A stretch of 63,460 nucleotides of DNA, filler included, from Octopus bimaculoides (Eukaryota), in NCBI RefSeq assembly GCF_001194135.2. It is 5 parts of 5 records of this genome, joined end to end, with 100 filler letters (N's around TTAATTAATTAA, not from the genome) between each part and the next. Parts side by side here need not be neighbours in the genome. Positions count along the whole stretch, not along the records: positions 60,891 to 63,460 come from NC_069010.1; 4 more parts are not named here. One strand, written 5' to 3'. The notes beneath the pieces were generated by a model, which was given only the letters and a program-made list of their open reading frames with translations, searched no databases and was not told the origin of the DNA. The translations under genes and the position numbers were made by a program. Positions 63,279-63,460 of the stretch are shown piece by piece. Each line of letters opens with the position of its first letter. Position 1 is the first letter of the stretch.

Positions 63279-63460
63279 GGCGCAGGGGTGGCTGTGTGGT
63301 AAGTAGCTTGCTTACCAACCACATGGTCCCGGGTTCAGTCCCACTGCGTAGCACCTTGGGTAAGTGTCTTCTACTATAGCCTCGGGCCAACCAAAGCCTT
63401 GTGAGTGGATTTGGTAGACGGAAACTGAAAGAAGCCCGTCGTATATATATATATATATAT
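63279..63460 (+). mobile_element. SINE family B head, near consensus, truncated by window end
   Basis: ggcgcaggggtggctgtgtggtaagtagcttgcttaccaaccacatgg...gaagcccgtcgtatata. Confidence 0.92.

Overview
AT-rich, microsatellite-dense, gap-riddled eukaryotic (animal) DNA with about 20 N-gaps. The tRNA-derived SINE families, TTAGGG repeats and repeat landscape look like an octopus (Octopus sp.) draft assembly; this is an inference from remembered repeat families, not a database match. No complete protein-coding gene can be supported, and nearly all long ORFs in the track are microsatellite or N-gap artefacts. What is supportable: (i) dozens of copies of at least 3 tRNA-headed SINE families, often in same-strand tandem clusters; (ii) decayed transposon coding remnants: Penelope-like retroelements (YRDD-type RT, GIY-YIG-like tails), R4/Dong-type RLE LINEs, L1/Tx1 pieces, a SPIN/Charlie-type hAT transposase, two DD37D (maT) Tc1/mariner copies, a mariner made of two head-to-head 5' ends, and several MITE/foldback elements; (iii) minimal type-I hammerhead-ribozyme-like motifs in Penelope-type terminal repeats, including one downstream of a tRNA/Pol III head inside an inverted-repeat element; (iv) minisatellites, a 131-nt hairpin and a 1.2-kb polypurine tract; (v) low-confidence candidate minus-strand exons (32324-32247, 24016-23817, 9517-9381) that could encode a small Cys-containing secreted protein. 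The 100-bp N44-TTAATTAATTAA-N44 blocks are synthetic scaffold linkers.
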